From contig JBHLPH010000003.1 of assembly GCA_048939625.1 (NCBI GenBank), positions 64,001-128,000 of the forward strand: a stretch of 64,000 nucleotides of DNA, read 5' to 3'. This DNA is from Promethearchaeota archaeon. Its GTDB lineage: Archaea > Asgardarchaeota > Hermodarchaeia > Hermodarchaeales > Hermodarchaeaceae. Both the position numbers and the translations under genes were made by a program. The notes under the pieces are model-generated. The model was given only the letters and a program-made list of their open reading frames with translations, ran no database searches and was not told where the DNA came from. Numbering within the stretch: the first letter of the stretch is position 1; every line of letters begins with the position of its first letter. Positions 38,215 to 47,651 of the stretch are shown here, in pieces.

Positions 38215-39561
38215 TTGGAGTGTATTATTATGCGTACACTGATAAAAAACGCATTAATTGTCACGATGGATCCAAAGCGACGTGTCCTCCCCAATGCTGA
38301 CCTTCTAATTGAGGATACGCATATCGCAGCAGTTGGTCCTAATCTGAAGGACTCTGCTGACAGGGTCGTTGATGCCACCGGTCGTATATTGTTGCCTGGA
38401 TTCATTTGTGGTCACACCCACCTCTATGGGATCATGCTTCGTGGAGCCCCCCTGGACATCAAACCTACAACTGATTTTCTCCAGATTCTCGACCGTATAT
38501 GGTGGAAAGTGGATTCAGCATTTGTCAACGAGGACGCTTATGCAAGTGCCTTAGCCTCCTGTTTTGAGTTTATTCGTAGCGGGACCACATGTTTTGCCGA
38601 CACCTATTCAGGACCAGGTTCAATTGAGGGAGTTTTAGATGCTGTTGCAAAAGGTGTCACAGAAACAGGGATGCGAGGAATCTTGGCTTTCGAGGCAACA
38701 GAAAGGAATTCAAAAGAAGAAGGTGAACGTGGACTCAAAGAGAATGTCCGCTTTCTCAAAAAGCTCCAGAAAAAACCGAATGAGCTTCTTTCTGGAATGT
38801 ATAGCCTCCACGCTTCTTTCACATTGAGTGATGAACTTATTCAAAAGACCCGCGAACAGGCTGACCAGTTACCTGCCCCACTTACTATTCATACTAGCGA
38901 AGGACTCATCGATGTGTATCATAATATCGAAAGATATGACAAACGCACCGTTGAGCGCCTGTTTGATTTGGGACTACTTGGATCTGATGTGATATTAGCC
39001 CACTGTGTTCATGTTAATCATGACGAGTTACAACTCATTAAAGCTAGTGGAGCCACAGTTGCCCATAACCCCATGAGCAACATGAATAACGCAGTTGGTG
39101 TGACCCCCGTCAAAGAAATGTATGAATTGGGTATACCGGTGTGTTTAGGCAATGATGGATTCATCTTCGATGCCATTGAAAATATTCGCACGGCTTATCT
39201 CATACATAAGGTTCATCACCTCGATACACGTGTAACAACTCCACAGCAAGTCATTGAGATGGCTACGATTAATGGGGCGCAAGTCTACGGACTTGGAGAT
39301 AAGTTAGGATCCATCGAACCAGGGAAAATGGCAGATTTAGTAATACTCCACCCCAATCCACGAATTACCCCATTACTTCCAACTGGAGTTTATGGATATA
39401 TTGTGTATGGTTGCACCGCACATGACGTAGAGCATGTTTTCGTGAACGGTAAGAAGGTTGTAGAAAATCACCAAGTAGTTTCTGTCGATGCAGAAATTGT
39501 GGAAAAGGCGCTTGGACGCGTCGTACCAACGCTTTGGGAAAAACTTGGAATCGACCTCTAA
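38215..39561 (+). CDS. ssnA: SsnA-like metal-dependent amidohydrolase (probable start ATG 38230)
   Basis: GHTHLYG..RG...FLQILDRIWWKVD, LHASFTLSD, HTSEG, HNPMSNMNNAVG, LGND. Confidence 0.8.
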   Translation: MECIIMRTLIKNALIVTMDPKRRVLPNADLLIEDTHIAAVGPNLKDSADRVVDATGRILLPGFICGHTHLYGIMLRGAPLDIKPTTDFLQILDRIWWKVDSAFVNEDAYASALASCFEFIRSGTTCFADTYSGPGSIEGVLDAVAKGVTETGMRGILAFEATERNSKEEGERGLKENVRFLKKLQKKPNELLSGMYSLHASFTLSDELIQKTREQADQLPAPLTIHTSEGLIDVYHNIERYDKRTVERLFDLGLLGSDVILAHCVHVNHDELQLIKASGATVAHNPMSNMNNAVGVTPVKEMYELGIPVCLGNDGFIFDAIENIRTAYLIHKVHHLDTRVTTPQQVIEMATINGAQVYGLGDKLGSIEPGKMADLVILHPNPRITPLLPTGVYGYIVYGCTAHDVEHVFVNGKKVVENHQVVSVDAEIVEKALGRVVPTLWEKLGIDL

Positions 39562-39845
39562 AGTACTCCTCCAGCTACAGGTGGAAATAAAGCAACGACA
39601 TCGCCATCTGTGAGAGGTGTTTCAAGACCCTTAAGAAGATGAAGCCCTCGGCCATTTAGTAAGACTTTGATGTACCTGCGAAGTTGACCATTTTCATCAA
39701 AAATGATATTGCAAAATTTCTGCCCCCGTTCTTCACAGAGTTGGCTGAGTAAATCACTCACGGTGCGCCCTTTGAAATTCACTGTTAATTGATGAAAACC
39801 GAATTGATCAGAAAATGGCCCAATTGTTCTAACGGAAACGTGCAT
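39558..39845 (-). CDS. MoaD/ThiS/SAMP ubiquitin-like protein ending GG-VL
   Basis: LLNGR...LTDGDVVALFPPVAGGVL*. Confidence 0.88.
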   Translation of the reverse strand: MHVSVRTIGPFSDQFGFHQLTVNFKGRTVSDLLSQLCEERGQKFCNIIFDENGQLRRYIKVLLNGRGLHLLKGLETPLTDGDVVALFPPVAGGVL

Positions 39846-39961
39846 CTATTAGATTCTCCGATTCGGCAAAGGTTTGGCGCTAGATAAACATGCTGGTATC
39901 CTTCTTCTTTGAGAAACCCAATCCTTAATAAGAATAAATCGCATGCTCACTGCTGATTCCC

Positions 39962-41353
39962 ATGGCAGATTTGATTATTGATGAGGCAACTGTCATAACC
40001 GTGGATCCAAAACGACGTATTATTTCCGATGGAGCAGTAGTTGTGGAAGACCAACGGATTATCGCTGTTGGAAAATCTCATGAAATCAAACAGAAGTTTA
40101 GTGCTGACACAAGGATATCAGGAAAGAACAAGATACTCATCCCGGGTCTCATTGACTGTCACGTACACCTTGCTCAAGCCCTGATTCGTGGAACTGCTGA
40201 CGATGTGGATCTAATTCCCTGGCTTCGTGATTACGTTTGGGTTTTACAGGGTAACTTTACACCTTCAGACGGGAAGGTAAGTGCAGAACTTTGCATTGCC
40301 GAGATGCTAAAATCAGGAACTACGAGTTTTCTTGAAAGTATGATTCATAAACGGTATGGGATGGATGGAATAGCTCAGGTCGTTGAAAAAACTGGTATTC
40401 GTGGTTGCCTCTCGAAACTTTTCATGGATTGGACTGGATATGCTGATGAAGAAGCGATTATGTATGAGGGGATGATTGAAGATCCTGAGGAGTGCATCGC
40501 TGAAACTGTATCGATGCATAACAAGTGGCAAGGCGCTGCGGATGGTCGAATCTTTATTTGGTGGGGAGCTCGGACACCTGGTGCGGTTAGCCCTGAATTG
40601 TATCGCCGTGTTGCTGAGTTAGCCCGGAAACGCCATATGGGAATTACCATGCACCTCGGTGAGGTAAAAGAAGACGTCGAGTATACAAAGGCACAGTTCA
40701 ATCAGCTGCCTGCAGAATTCGCACGCGATGTAGGGATGATGGGTGATAACGTCGTGTTAGTACATGGGGTCTGGATCACTCCTGAGGAATTCCCGATTTA
40801 TGTTGAGACTGGAACTCACATGTGTCACTGTCCAGCAAGTAATTCTAAGCTTGCTTCAGGCATTGCGCTTATCCCCGAAATGCTTGCAGCGGGTATCAAT
40901 GTTTGTTTGGGTTGTGATGGAGGACCTAGTAATAACGCCTATGATATGTTCCGAGAAATGTTTCTGGCGGCAGTAATCCATAAAGCACGAACACTGGATC
41001 CCCTGACAATGCCAGCTGAAACCGTTTTAGAAATGGCTACGATTAATGGTGCAAAAGCCATTGGAATGGAAAAAGAGATTGGAAGTATTGAAATTGGAAA
41101 ACGAGCAGACTTGGTACTAATAGATACAACTCAACTAAACCTTGCTCCAACATACAATCCTGTGAGTAATATTATCTATGCAGCGAATGGCTTCAATGTG
41201 TATACTACAATCGTGAATGGGCAAATCCTTGTTCATGAAGGAAAACTTCTGATCATGGATGAAGAGAAAGTTATCGAAACCGCAAGAAAACACGGAGAAC
41301 AACTTCTCGAACGAGCAGAAGTTGAAATTCAAAGTCGATGGAAAACAGAGTGA
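39962..41353 (+). CDS. TRZ/ATZ (COG0402) amidohydrolase, probable nucleobase deaminase
   Basis: DCHVHLAQ, HLGE, HCPASNSKLASG, GCDGGPSNN. Confidence 0.85.
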   Translation: MADLIIDEATVITVDPKRRIISDGAVVVEDQRIIAVGKSHEIKQKFSADTRISGKNKILIPGLIDCHVHLAQALIRGTADDVDLIPWLRDYVWVLQGNFTPSDGKVSAELCIAEMLKSGTTSFLESMIHKRYGMDGIAQVVEKTGIRGCLSKLFMDWTGYADEEAIMYEGMIEDPEECIAETVSMHNKWQGAADGRIFIWWGARTPGAVSPELYRRVAELARKRHMGITMHLGEVKEDVEYTKAQFNQLPAEFARDVGMMGDNVVLVHGVWITPEEFPIYVETGTHMCHCPASNSKLASGIALIPEMLAAGINVCLGCDGGPSNNAYDMFREMFLAAVIHKARTLDPLTMPAETVLEMATINGAKAIGMEKEIGSIEIGKRADLVLIDTTQLNLAPTYNPVSNIIYAANGFNVYTTIVNGQILVHEGKLLIMDEEKVIETARKHGEQLLERAEVEIQSRWKTE

Positions 41354-41448
41354 ACTACCTTTGTAAGATTGCAGGGGTTTTCATCGAGTCCCCCTCAATT
41401 CAAAATTAGCGTGATAGCAGATTAATTCTTTAAAGCGATTCAATTAAA

Positions 41449-42567
41449 TTGAAAAGATTAAAAGGACCTCTCGATTTAGTCGCAGTAATTCAAGGTGACT
41501 CAAATATGGGTGTTAATATAGTTGGTAAATACCATGGCCGTGATTGGTTGACTATCCAGGAATGGAGCCAAGAAGATTTACAAACGTTGATTGATGCAGC
41601 AATCGAAATAAAAGAGCTGCAAAAGGCACGAAAACCCCATGATTATCTTGCCAGACAAACCTTGTTTATGATTTTCTTCAATCGATCTTTACGAACTCGA
41701 AACTCATTCGAGGCAGGCATGACTCAAATGGGTGGTCACGCCCATTTCCTCTCTCCGCAGGATGTTTATCGACCTGCTCTGCCTGATGATGAAGAAGCAT
41801 ATACCAGTGAAAGGATTTCAGATGTAGCACGAGTTCTAGCACGGATGGGCGATGGGATTGCGATTCGCATTTATGGATCACACGCTAAGTGGATTTATGG
41901 TCGCGGTCACCGCATTCTTCGTGAATTTGCTAAATGGTCAGATATTCCCATTATTAACATGGAAGATGACGTTTATCATCCCTGCCAAGCGATGGCGGAC
42001 ATGCAAGCTATTCAAGAACATTCACCCAATGTGCAAGGAAAAAAGTTCGTCATGAGTTGGGCCTATAGCCCGAGTACGCAAAAACCACTTGCTGTTCCAC
42101 AGAGTGGGATATTGATGGGTACTAAATGGGGAATGGATACGGTATTGGCTCATCCAAAAGGCTTTGAACTGGATCCGAAAATCATTGAGATGTGTGAGAA
42201 AAACGTTGCCGAGTATGGAGGGTCCTTTGAAATAACTAATGATATGGAGGAAGCTTTCGCTGGTGCTCATTACGTATATCCAAAGTGTTGGACAAGTAAA
42301 CATCACATTCCTCCGATTGCTCCCGCCGAGGACTGGGAGGGCGCTAAGAAGCTATTTGAAGCAAATAAGGATTGGATTGCGACTCCAGCGAAAATGGATC
42401 TTGGAGCAAAAGGCGTCAAGTATATGCATTGTTTACCAGCGGATCGGGGGTTTGAAGTAGCCGATGAAGTCTTAGATGGCAAATGGAGCATCGCGTTTGA
42501 TGAAGCTGAAAATCGACTCCATACTCAGAAAGCCATTATGGCTGCAATTATGGGTCAACCCCAGTAA
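41449..42567 (+). CDS. YgeW/AOTCase-like carbamoyltransferase (probable start ATG 41506)
   Basis: SLRTRNSF, HPCQ, SWAYSPSTQKPLAVPQ (YgeW-like), HCLPADRG, AENRLH. Confidence 0.85.
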   Translation: MKRLKGPLDLVAVIQGDSNMGVNIVGKYHGRDWLTIQEWSQEDLQTLIDAAIEIKELQKARKPHDYLARQTLFMIFFNRSLRTRNSFEAGMTQMGGHAHFLSPQDVYRPALPDDEEAYTSERISDVARVLARMGDGIAIRIYGSHAKWIYGRGHRILREFAKWSDIPIINMEDDVYHPCQAMADMQAIQEHSPNVQGKKFVMSWAYSPSTQKPLAVPQSGILMGTKWGMDTVLAHPKGFELDPKIIEMCEKNVAEYGGSFEITNDMEEAFAGAHYVYPKCWTSKHHIPPIAPAEDWEGAKKLFEANKDWIATPAKMDLGAKGVKYMHCLPADRGFEVADEVLDGKWSIAFDEAENRLHTQKAIMAAIMGQPQ

Positions 42568-42582
42568 TAGGTGCACGCAGAT

Positions 42583-43602
42583 TTAGAGCAAGTTATCCTC
42601 GCTCATTACTAACGAGAGAAGCCCCTTCTGTAGATGCAACCGATTCTCTGCCTGATCAAAGATAACACTTTGAGGGCTGTCGACAACTTCGTCAGTGGCT
42701 TCCTCACCACGAAAGACAGGAAGACAATGCATATAGATAGCATCTTTGCTAGCTAAATCCATAAGTTCGGAATTACAAATCCAGTCTTGATATTTCTCAT
42801 GGAGTTGGGCTTCCGTTTCTTCCCCCCATTTATCTATGCCGACGGCTGAGCATTCTGCACTCATCCATGACCGCGGATAGACAACGTGAGCACCCGAGTA
42901 TGCATCTTTGATATTATTGGTTATGGAAAAGTCGCCGCCAGACTCATGGGCATTTTGATGACACCATTCCATAATTTCCGGGTCTAATTCGAAACCCGGA
43001 GGATGAGCAAGCGTAACATCCATTCCAAATCGTGTAGCCGTTAGAATAGCACTCTGCACACTACACCATGAGCGGGAGTGACGGCTATATGCCCATGAAA
43101 ATAAGAACTTCTTTCCTTGTATTTTCGGAAATTTCTCTTGTACTGTCATCAGGTCGGTGAGCGATTGGCAGGGATGAAACTTGTCATCTGCCATATTGAT
43201 AATGGGTATGTCAGAATATTTAGCATAGTCACGTAAGACTTGGTTGCCCCGTCCATAGATGTATCCAACCGCTTTTTCAAGAATACGAATACCGATACCG
43301 TGACCATATCGAGCTAGTGTGTTCGCAGTGTCTTTCACACTTTCTCCTTCACCAAGTCGCATCGCACCAGGTTCAAGGAATTGCGCGTGTCCACCTAGTT
43401 CGGTTAAAGCCGCTTCAAAGCTGGCGCGAGTTCGTGTGCTGGTATTGTAAAAAAGCATGAAAAACGTCTTATCCGATAAAAGGTGTGGCGATTTTCCTGC
43501 CTTGGTTTTTTTCTTCAAATCTTTTGCGAATCTGAGAACTGCTTCGAGTTCTTCTCTAGTCCACTCCTGGGTGGTTATCATGTCTCGGCCACGAAGATCC
43601 AT
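42583..43602 (-). CDS. Second YgeW/ornithine carbamoyltransferase-like protein
   Basis: STRTRASF, HPCQ, SWAYS, TRFGMDVTLAHP, HCLP, AENRLH. Confidence 0.85.
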   Translation of the reverse strand: MDLRGRDMITTQEWTREELEAVLRFAKDLKKKTKAGKSPHLLSDKTFFMLFYNTSTRTRASFEAALTELGGHAQFLEPGAMRLGEGESVKDTANTLARYGHGIGIRILEKAVGYIYGRGNQVLRDYAKYSDIPIINMADDKFHPCQSLTDLMTVQEKFPKIQGKKFLFSWAYSRHSRSWCSVQSAILTATRFGMDVTLAHPPGFELDPEIMEWCHQNAHESGGDFSITNNIKDAYSGAHVVYPRSWMSAECSAVGIDKWGEETEAQLHEKYQDWICNSELMDLASKDAIYMHCLPVFRGEEATDEVVDSPQSVIFDQAENRLHLQKGLLSLVMSEDNLL

Positions 43603-43628
43603 ATTAATCAGCTTCAGAATCTAAATAT

Positions 43629-44465
43629 GTGGATGCGGTGGAGCCAAAACCTTTTGAAGCTTTCGAGAGGACGCTAACGGGAAGGGATTTCGTCGTGCGG
43701 TTATTTGATACTCACTCCCATTTAGAGATGCCACGACTCTTTCCGAAAGCTGAAGCAATTGTGCGACGTGCGCAGGCAGCAGGAGTTATCGGTGTCGTAG
43801 TGAGTGCCATTGAGCCAAAATTCTATCCTAAGGCATTAAATTTGAAAGAACGGTTTCCAAACTATGTTTGGCCCACTTTTGGGCTTCATCCTCCACGGGC
43901 AACGCCTCACATGGTTAAGCAGGCAAAAGATGCTATCATTGCTCATCAAGAGGAGATTGTAGCAATTGGTGAAGTGGGATTGGATTATTACTGGGTTAAG
44001 GACCCAAAAGAACGCAAATATCAGAAGAGCGCATTTATCGAGTTTATTCATCTTGCTGATGAGTTGAATTTGCCCCTAGTTGTGCATTCTCGAGATGCTG
44101 AAGCAGATGCGATAAGTATTCTACGTGATGAGAAGATGTTTGATGTGCAGCTCCATTGTTTTAATAATCCTGATTTTGTGATGCAGGCAGCTGAAGATCG
44201 CTTCTTTATGAGTGTTCCAACAAGTGTTGTTTCTCGTAAACGGATGCAGCGTATTGCAAAGGTGATGCCTTTGGAAAATATGTTATTGGAAACTGATGCG
44301 CCATATCTATCTCCTGTTCCCGGGCAAACCAATGAGCCATCAAATATTCCAGAGGCTGCCAAAAAAATTGCAGAATTGAAAGGAACAACTCCTGAAGTTA
44401 TTGCAGCTTCTACAACAACGAATGCCCTGAGTTTTCTTCATCTCCAGCACGTCTACAAGCAATAG
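43629..44465 (+). CDS. tatD: TatD family nuclease (probable start GTG 43695)
   Basis: DTHSHL, GLHP, IGEVGLDY, VHSR, HCF, LLETDAPY. Confidence 0.93.
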   Translation: MDAVEPKPFEAFERTLTGRDFVVRLFDTHSHLEMPRLFPKAEAIVRRAQAAGVIGVVVSAIEPKFYPKALNLKERFPNYVWPTFGLHPPRATPHMVKQAKDAIIAHQEEIVAIGEVGLDYYWVKDPKERKYQKSAFIEFIHLADELNLPLVVHSRDAEADAISILRDEKMFDVQLHCFNNPDFVMQAAEDRFFMSVPTSVVSRKRMQRIAKVMPLENMLLETDAPYLSPVPGQTNEPSNIPEAAKKIAELKGTTPEVIAASTTTNALSFLHLQHVYKQ

Positions 44466-44488
44466 ACAGAAAACAAGGGGTAAATTGG

Positions 44489-46315
44489 TTAGCGAACAGT
44501 CAAAGTTTTGCTTATATTTCGAGGATAGTCGGGGTCAATATCTTTGTACGTGGCTAAGTGATATGCCATAAGTTGAAGTGGTATGGCCTGAAGAATGGGG
44601 CTTAGGTATTGATTTGATTTGGGAACAATAAGGAAGTCTTCTTCCTTCACATAGCGACGAAGGAGGGGGTGATCTTCACCGGTCGCAATTATCCGAGCGC
44701 CTCGACATTCAACTTCCGCAAGATGATTAACAATATGCTCTGCGTCGTTGGGTGCAATTGTAAAAACGATTGGATAGCCTTCATCGACGATGCTCAGAGG
44801 TCCGTGTTTGAATTCACTAGAATACATGCCATCTGCAACGATATAACATACTTCTTTAATTTTCAACGCACCTTCAAGGGCAACCCCATGGGTTAAGCCA
44901 TGTCCAAGAACGTAAAAATGCGAATATTCTGATAAATAGGGAGCGAGAGTCCTTGCTTTTAAGGTCGTTGTTGATATCGTTTCATCAATCAGAGCTGGAA
45001 GCTTAGTTTTGAGATTGTTTATCAGGGATTTAGCCGATTTTGCGCTAAGGGTGGCTTTCTTTTCACCGGCTTTAATGGCAAGGAAACTAAAGAGAGTCAC
45101 TTGGCTGGTGTAGGTTTTGGTTGCAGGTACGCTGATTTCAAAACCTGATCCTATAGGTAAGTAAAGGTCGCTGAGATGAGTTAGCGTTGAGCCTAAAACG
45201 TTTACAACACTTAGGATTTTGGCCTTACGTTTTCTAACGTGATGAACGACGTCAATGACATCTTTTGTTTCACCACTTTGGCTAATGCATACAACTACAT
45301 CGTTTTCATTAATGGATTCGCCATATAGTGAGATGAACTGGCCACCGATAACTGGAATAGCCGCAATATTTGCCAAATCATTAAAAAAATAGCTCCCTAC
45401 AACGGAAGCATGAAAACTGGATCCACATGCAACAAAAAACACTCGTTCAGCTTCAATAAGTGTGGCTATAAATTGGCTGATATAGGGTTCACGAATTGCA
45501 CTGAAAAGCGTCCGTGTCGCACTGACTTGTTCATGAATTTCTTTAAGCATGAAGTGAGGATATCCACCTTTTTGGGCTACCCGGATGTCAGCATCAGAAA
45601 TGTAGGGTTTTCTTTCTATTAGTTCTCCATCAGAAATTCGCCGGAGTTCAAGCGTTTCAGGGGTAAGTATAACCATTTCTCCATCATGTATGTTGACAAT
45701 TTTCCGAGTGACAGGTAAAATACTGGGTAAATCACTACTCACACAAGTTTCCCCTTCACCGATTCCGGCAAATAAACTGGACCCCATCTTTACAGCGTAG
45801 ACTTTGTCATCATCTCGATGCATGACCGCAAATGCATAATCGCCTTTAAGATCACTACAACCACCACGAATTGCTTCGAGCATATCCCCAGTTTGATCAA
45901 AGTATCTTTCGACTGCGTGAACACAAATTTCTCCGTCATTCATACTTCGGACAATATGACCTTCTTTGGTGTATTGTTCACGAAGAGGTAGAAAATTGAG
46001 AATGTTACCATTGTGGGCAGCACAGAGATCTTCATCGCAGTCGAGGTGTGGTTGAGCGTTCAGTTTACTAGGAGCACCAAATGTTGCCCATCGAAGTTGA
46101 GCAATTCCTTTTGAGCCACGCATTTCGTGCAGGCGAAGCTTTTCAGCAACCTCATCGAACTTGCCTTTGTCTTTTCGGAGTTGGATGGAATTCTTATACA
46201 CTGTAGCAATACCGACGGTGTCATACCCACGGTAGGTGAGCTTCTCAGCACATTCGACAAGAATTTCGCCTATGTTATTCCGTTTGTTACTGGTAATTGC
46301 GAAAATGCCGCACAC
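44489..46315 (-). CDS. glmS: Glutamine--fructose-6-phosphate aminotransferase (divergent)
   Basis: N-terminal CGI, YRGYD, HNG, SQSGET, EGALKIKE, KHGP, PRNISKTLTV. Confidence 0.88.
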   Translation of the reverse strand: MCGIFAITSNKRNNIGEILVECAEKLTYRGYDTVGIATVYKNSIQLRKDKGKFDEVAEKLRLHEMRGSKGIAQLRWATFGAPSKLNAQPHLDCDEDLCAAHNGNILNFLPLREQYTKEGHIVRSMNDGEICVHAVERYFDQTGDMLEAIRGGCSDLKGDYAFAVMHRDDDKVYAVKMGSSLFAGIGEGETCVSSDLPSILPVTRKIVNIHDGEMVILTPETLELRRISDGELIERKPYISDADIRVAQKGGYPHFMLKEIHEQVSATRTLFSAIREPYISQFIATLIEAERVFFVACGSSFHASVVGSYFFNDLANIAAIPVIGGQFISLYGESINENDVVVCISQSGETKDVIDVVHHVRKRKAKILSVVNVLGSTLTHLSDLYLPIGSGFEISVPATKTYTSQVTLFSFLAIKAGEKKATLSAKSAKSLINNLKTKLPALIDETISTTTLKARTLAPYLSEYSHFYVLGHGLTHGVALEGALKIKEVCYIVADGMYSSEFKHGPLSIVDEGYPIVFTIAPNDAEHIVNHLAEVECRGARIIATGEDHPLLRRYVKEEDFLIVPKSNQYLSPILQAIPLQLMAYHLATYKDIDPDYPRNISKTLTVR

Positions 46316-46386
46316 ACAACTTCGCTCCTTATAGATGGCTTCACTGGGAAAATTCGTTTAACTGTGTTTCGTTGTAACACACTTTG

Positions 46387-47649
46387 TTAATTCTGGAGGT
46401 CAAGAGCGTTCTGGAGTTGTTTTAAGTCGGCATCAATTACTGGTGGTTTAGGCATTCGCTGGATCACTACATCCTGATCTTTTAATCCGCCACCAGTAGC
46501 CTCTATTAAGATTGTTTCTGAGGGATCTTGCTCTCCAGAGTCTAGCTGGTCAATGAGACCTGCAAGACCTGTGACGCCTGTGGGTTCTGCGAAAATTCCT
46601 TCATACTTGGCGAGTAATTGTTGAGCTTGAAGAATGGCATCATCTTCAACTGCAATTGCACAACCCTTGGATTTCCGAATGGCGTTGAGCGCCAAATCGC
46701 CATCCCAAGGTAAGGGATCACATAACCCTTCAGCTACGCTATGTGGTGAGGCACACGGAATAATCTTGAAAGGATCCTGGTTAGTACGAAACGCCTGAAC
46801 CAAAGGAGCACACCCTGCTGCTTGGACTGCGACCATTCGTGGACGTGTTTTAACAAGTCCAAGGGTATGAAAATCGCTAAATCCGCGCCATTGACCTCCT
46901 AAAAGGCCCCCCGCCCCCACTTGGACATAGGTTACGTCTGGAACCTCCCATTCTAATTGTTCAAGGATTTCATATCCGAGTGTTTTAGGACCTTCAGCCT
47001 GATAGGGATTGAAAGGGCCAAAGCTAGGACAAGGCGTCCAGCCATAACTGGAGCACGCTTCACGGAGAAGTTTCACGGTTGGATCATCACCTTTATGTAA
47101 TCCCCGTAAACGAACGACTTTCGCGCCGTATAACAGTAATTGTGCAATTTTTCCCATAGGAGCGATATCGGGTACAAAGCAATAACATGTAAATCCGGCT
47201 CGAGCACAATAAGCCGCTAATGCAGCAGCAGCATTGCCGCTACTGGCCGATGCAAGGGTGGTAGCTCCTTGTTCTTTCGCTTTGGACACACCAACCGTCA
47301 TTGGTCGATCTTTGAAAGACCATGTGGGATTACGCGTTTCGTCCTTTATGTATAGTTCACGGAGTCCTAGTTTCTTCGCGAGTCGTTTGCTACGAAGAAG
47401 TGGAGTTCCACCTTCACCAAGGCTTATGATATTTGCACGATTTTCGATTGGGAGTAATTCAAAGTAGCTCCAAACACCTAATGGTCGATTTGCCAGACTT
47501 TTCTTTGTAATAACTTCCCTAAGACGAATGTAATCATAATGAATATCAATGCGTGCTTCACAGCCATGGGTCTTACAAAAGAATGGATTTTCGGAGAGGT
47601 TATACTTAGCGCCACATTTCGGACATCGTAGGTGAGTGACATAGGACAA
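46387..47649 (-). CDS. thrC: Threonine synthase-like PLP enzyme
   Basis: N-terminal CxxC; SLGEGGTP, NPTWSFKDR, ASSGN, EGIFAEP, TGGGLK. Exact function uncertain. Confidence 0.75.
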   Translation of the reverse strand: MSYVTHLRCPKCGAKYNLSENPFFCKTHGCEARIDIHYDYIRLREVITKKSLANRPLGVWSYFELLPIENRANIISLGEGGTPLLRSKRLAKKLGLRELYIKDETRNPTWSFKDRPMTVGVSKAKEQGATTLASASSGNAAAALAAYCARAGFTCYCFVPDIAPMGKIAQLLLYGAKVVRLRGLHKGDDPTVKLLREACSSYGWTPCPSFGPFNPYQAEGPKTLGYEILEQLEWEVPDVTYVQVGAGGLLGGQWRGFSDFHTLGLVKTRPRMVAVQAAGCAPLVQAFRTNQDPFKIIPCASPHSVAEGLCDPLPWDGDLALNAIRKSKGCAIAVEDDAILQAQQLLAKYEGIFAEPTGVTGLAGLIDQLDSGEQDPSETILIEATGGGLKDQDVVIQRMPKPPVIDADLKQLQNALDLQN

Positions 47650-47651
47650 GG

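Noticed and set aside
30135-43602. Selenocysteine recoding in the redox cluster
   Set aside because: All ORFs are full length with no in-frame TGA at Cys positions, and no SECIS was recognised.
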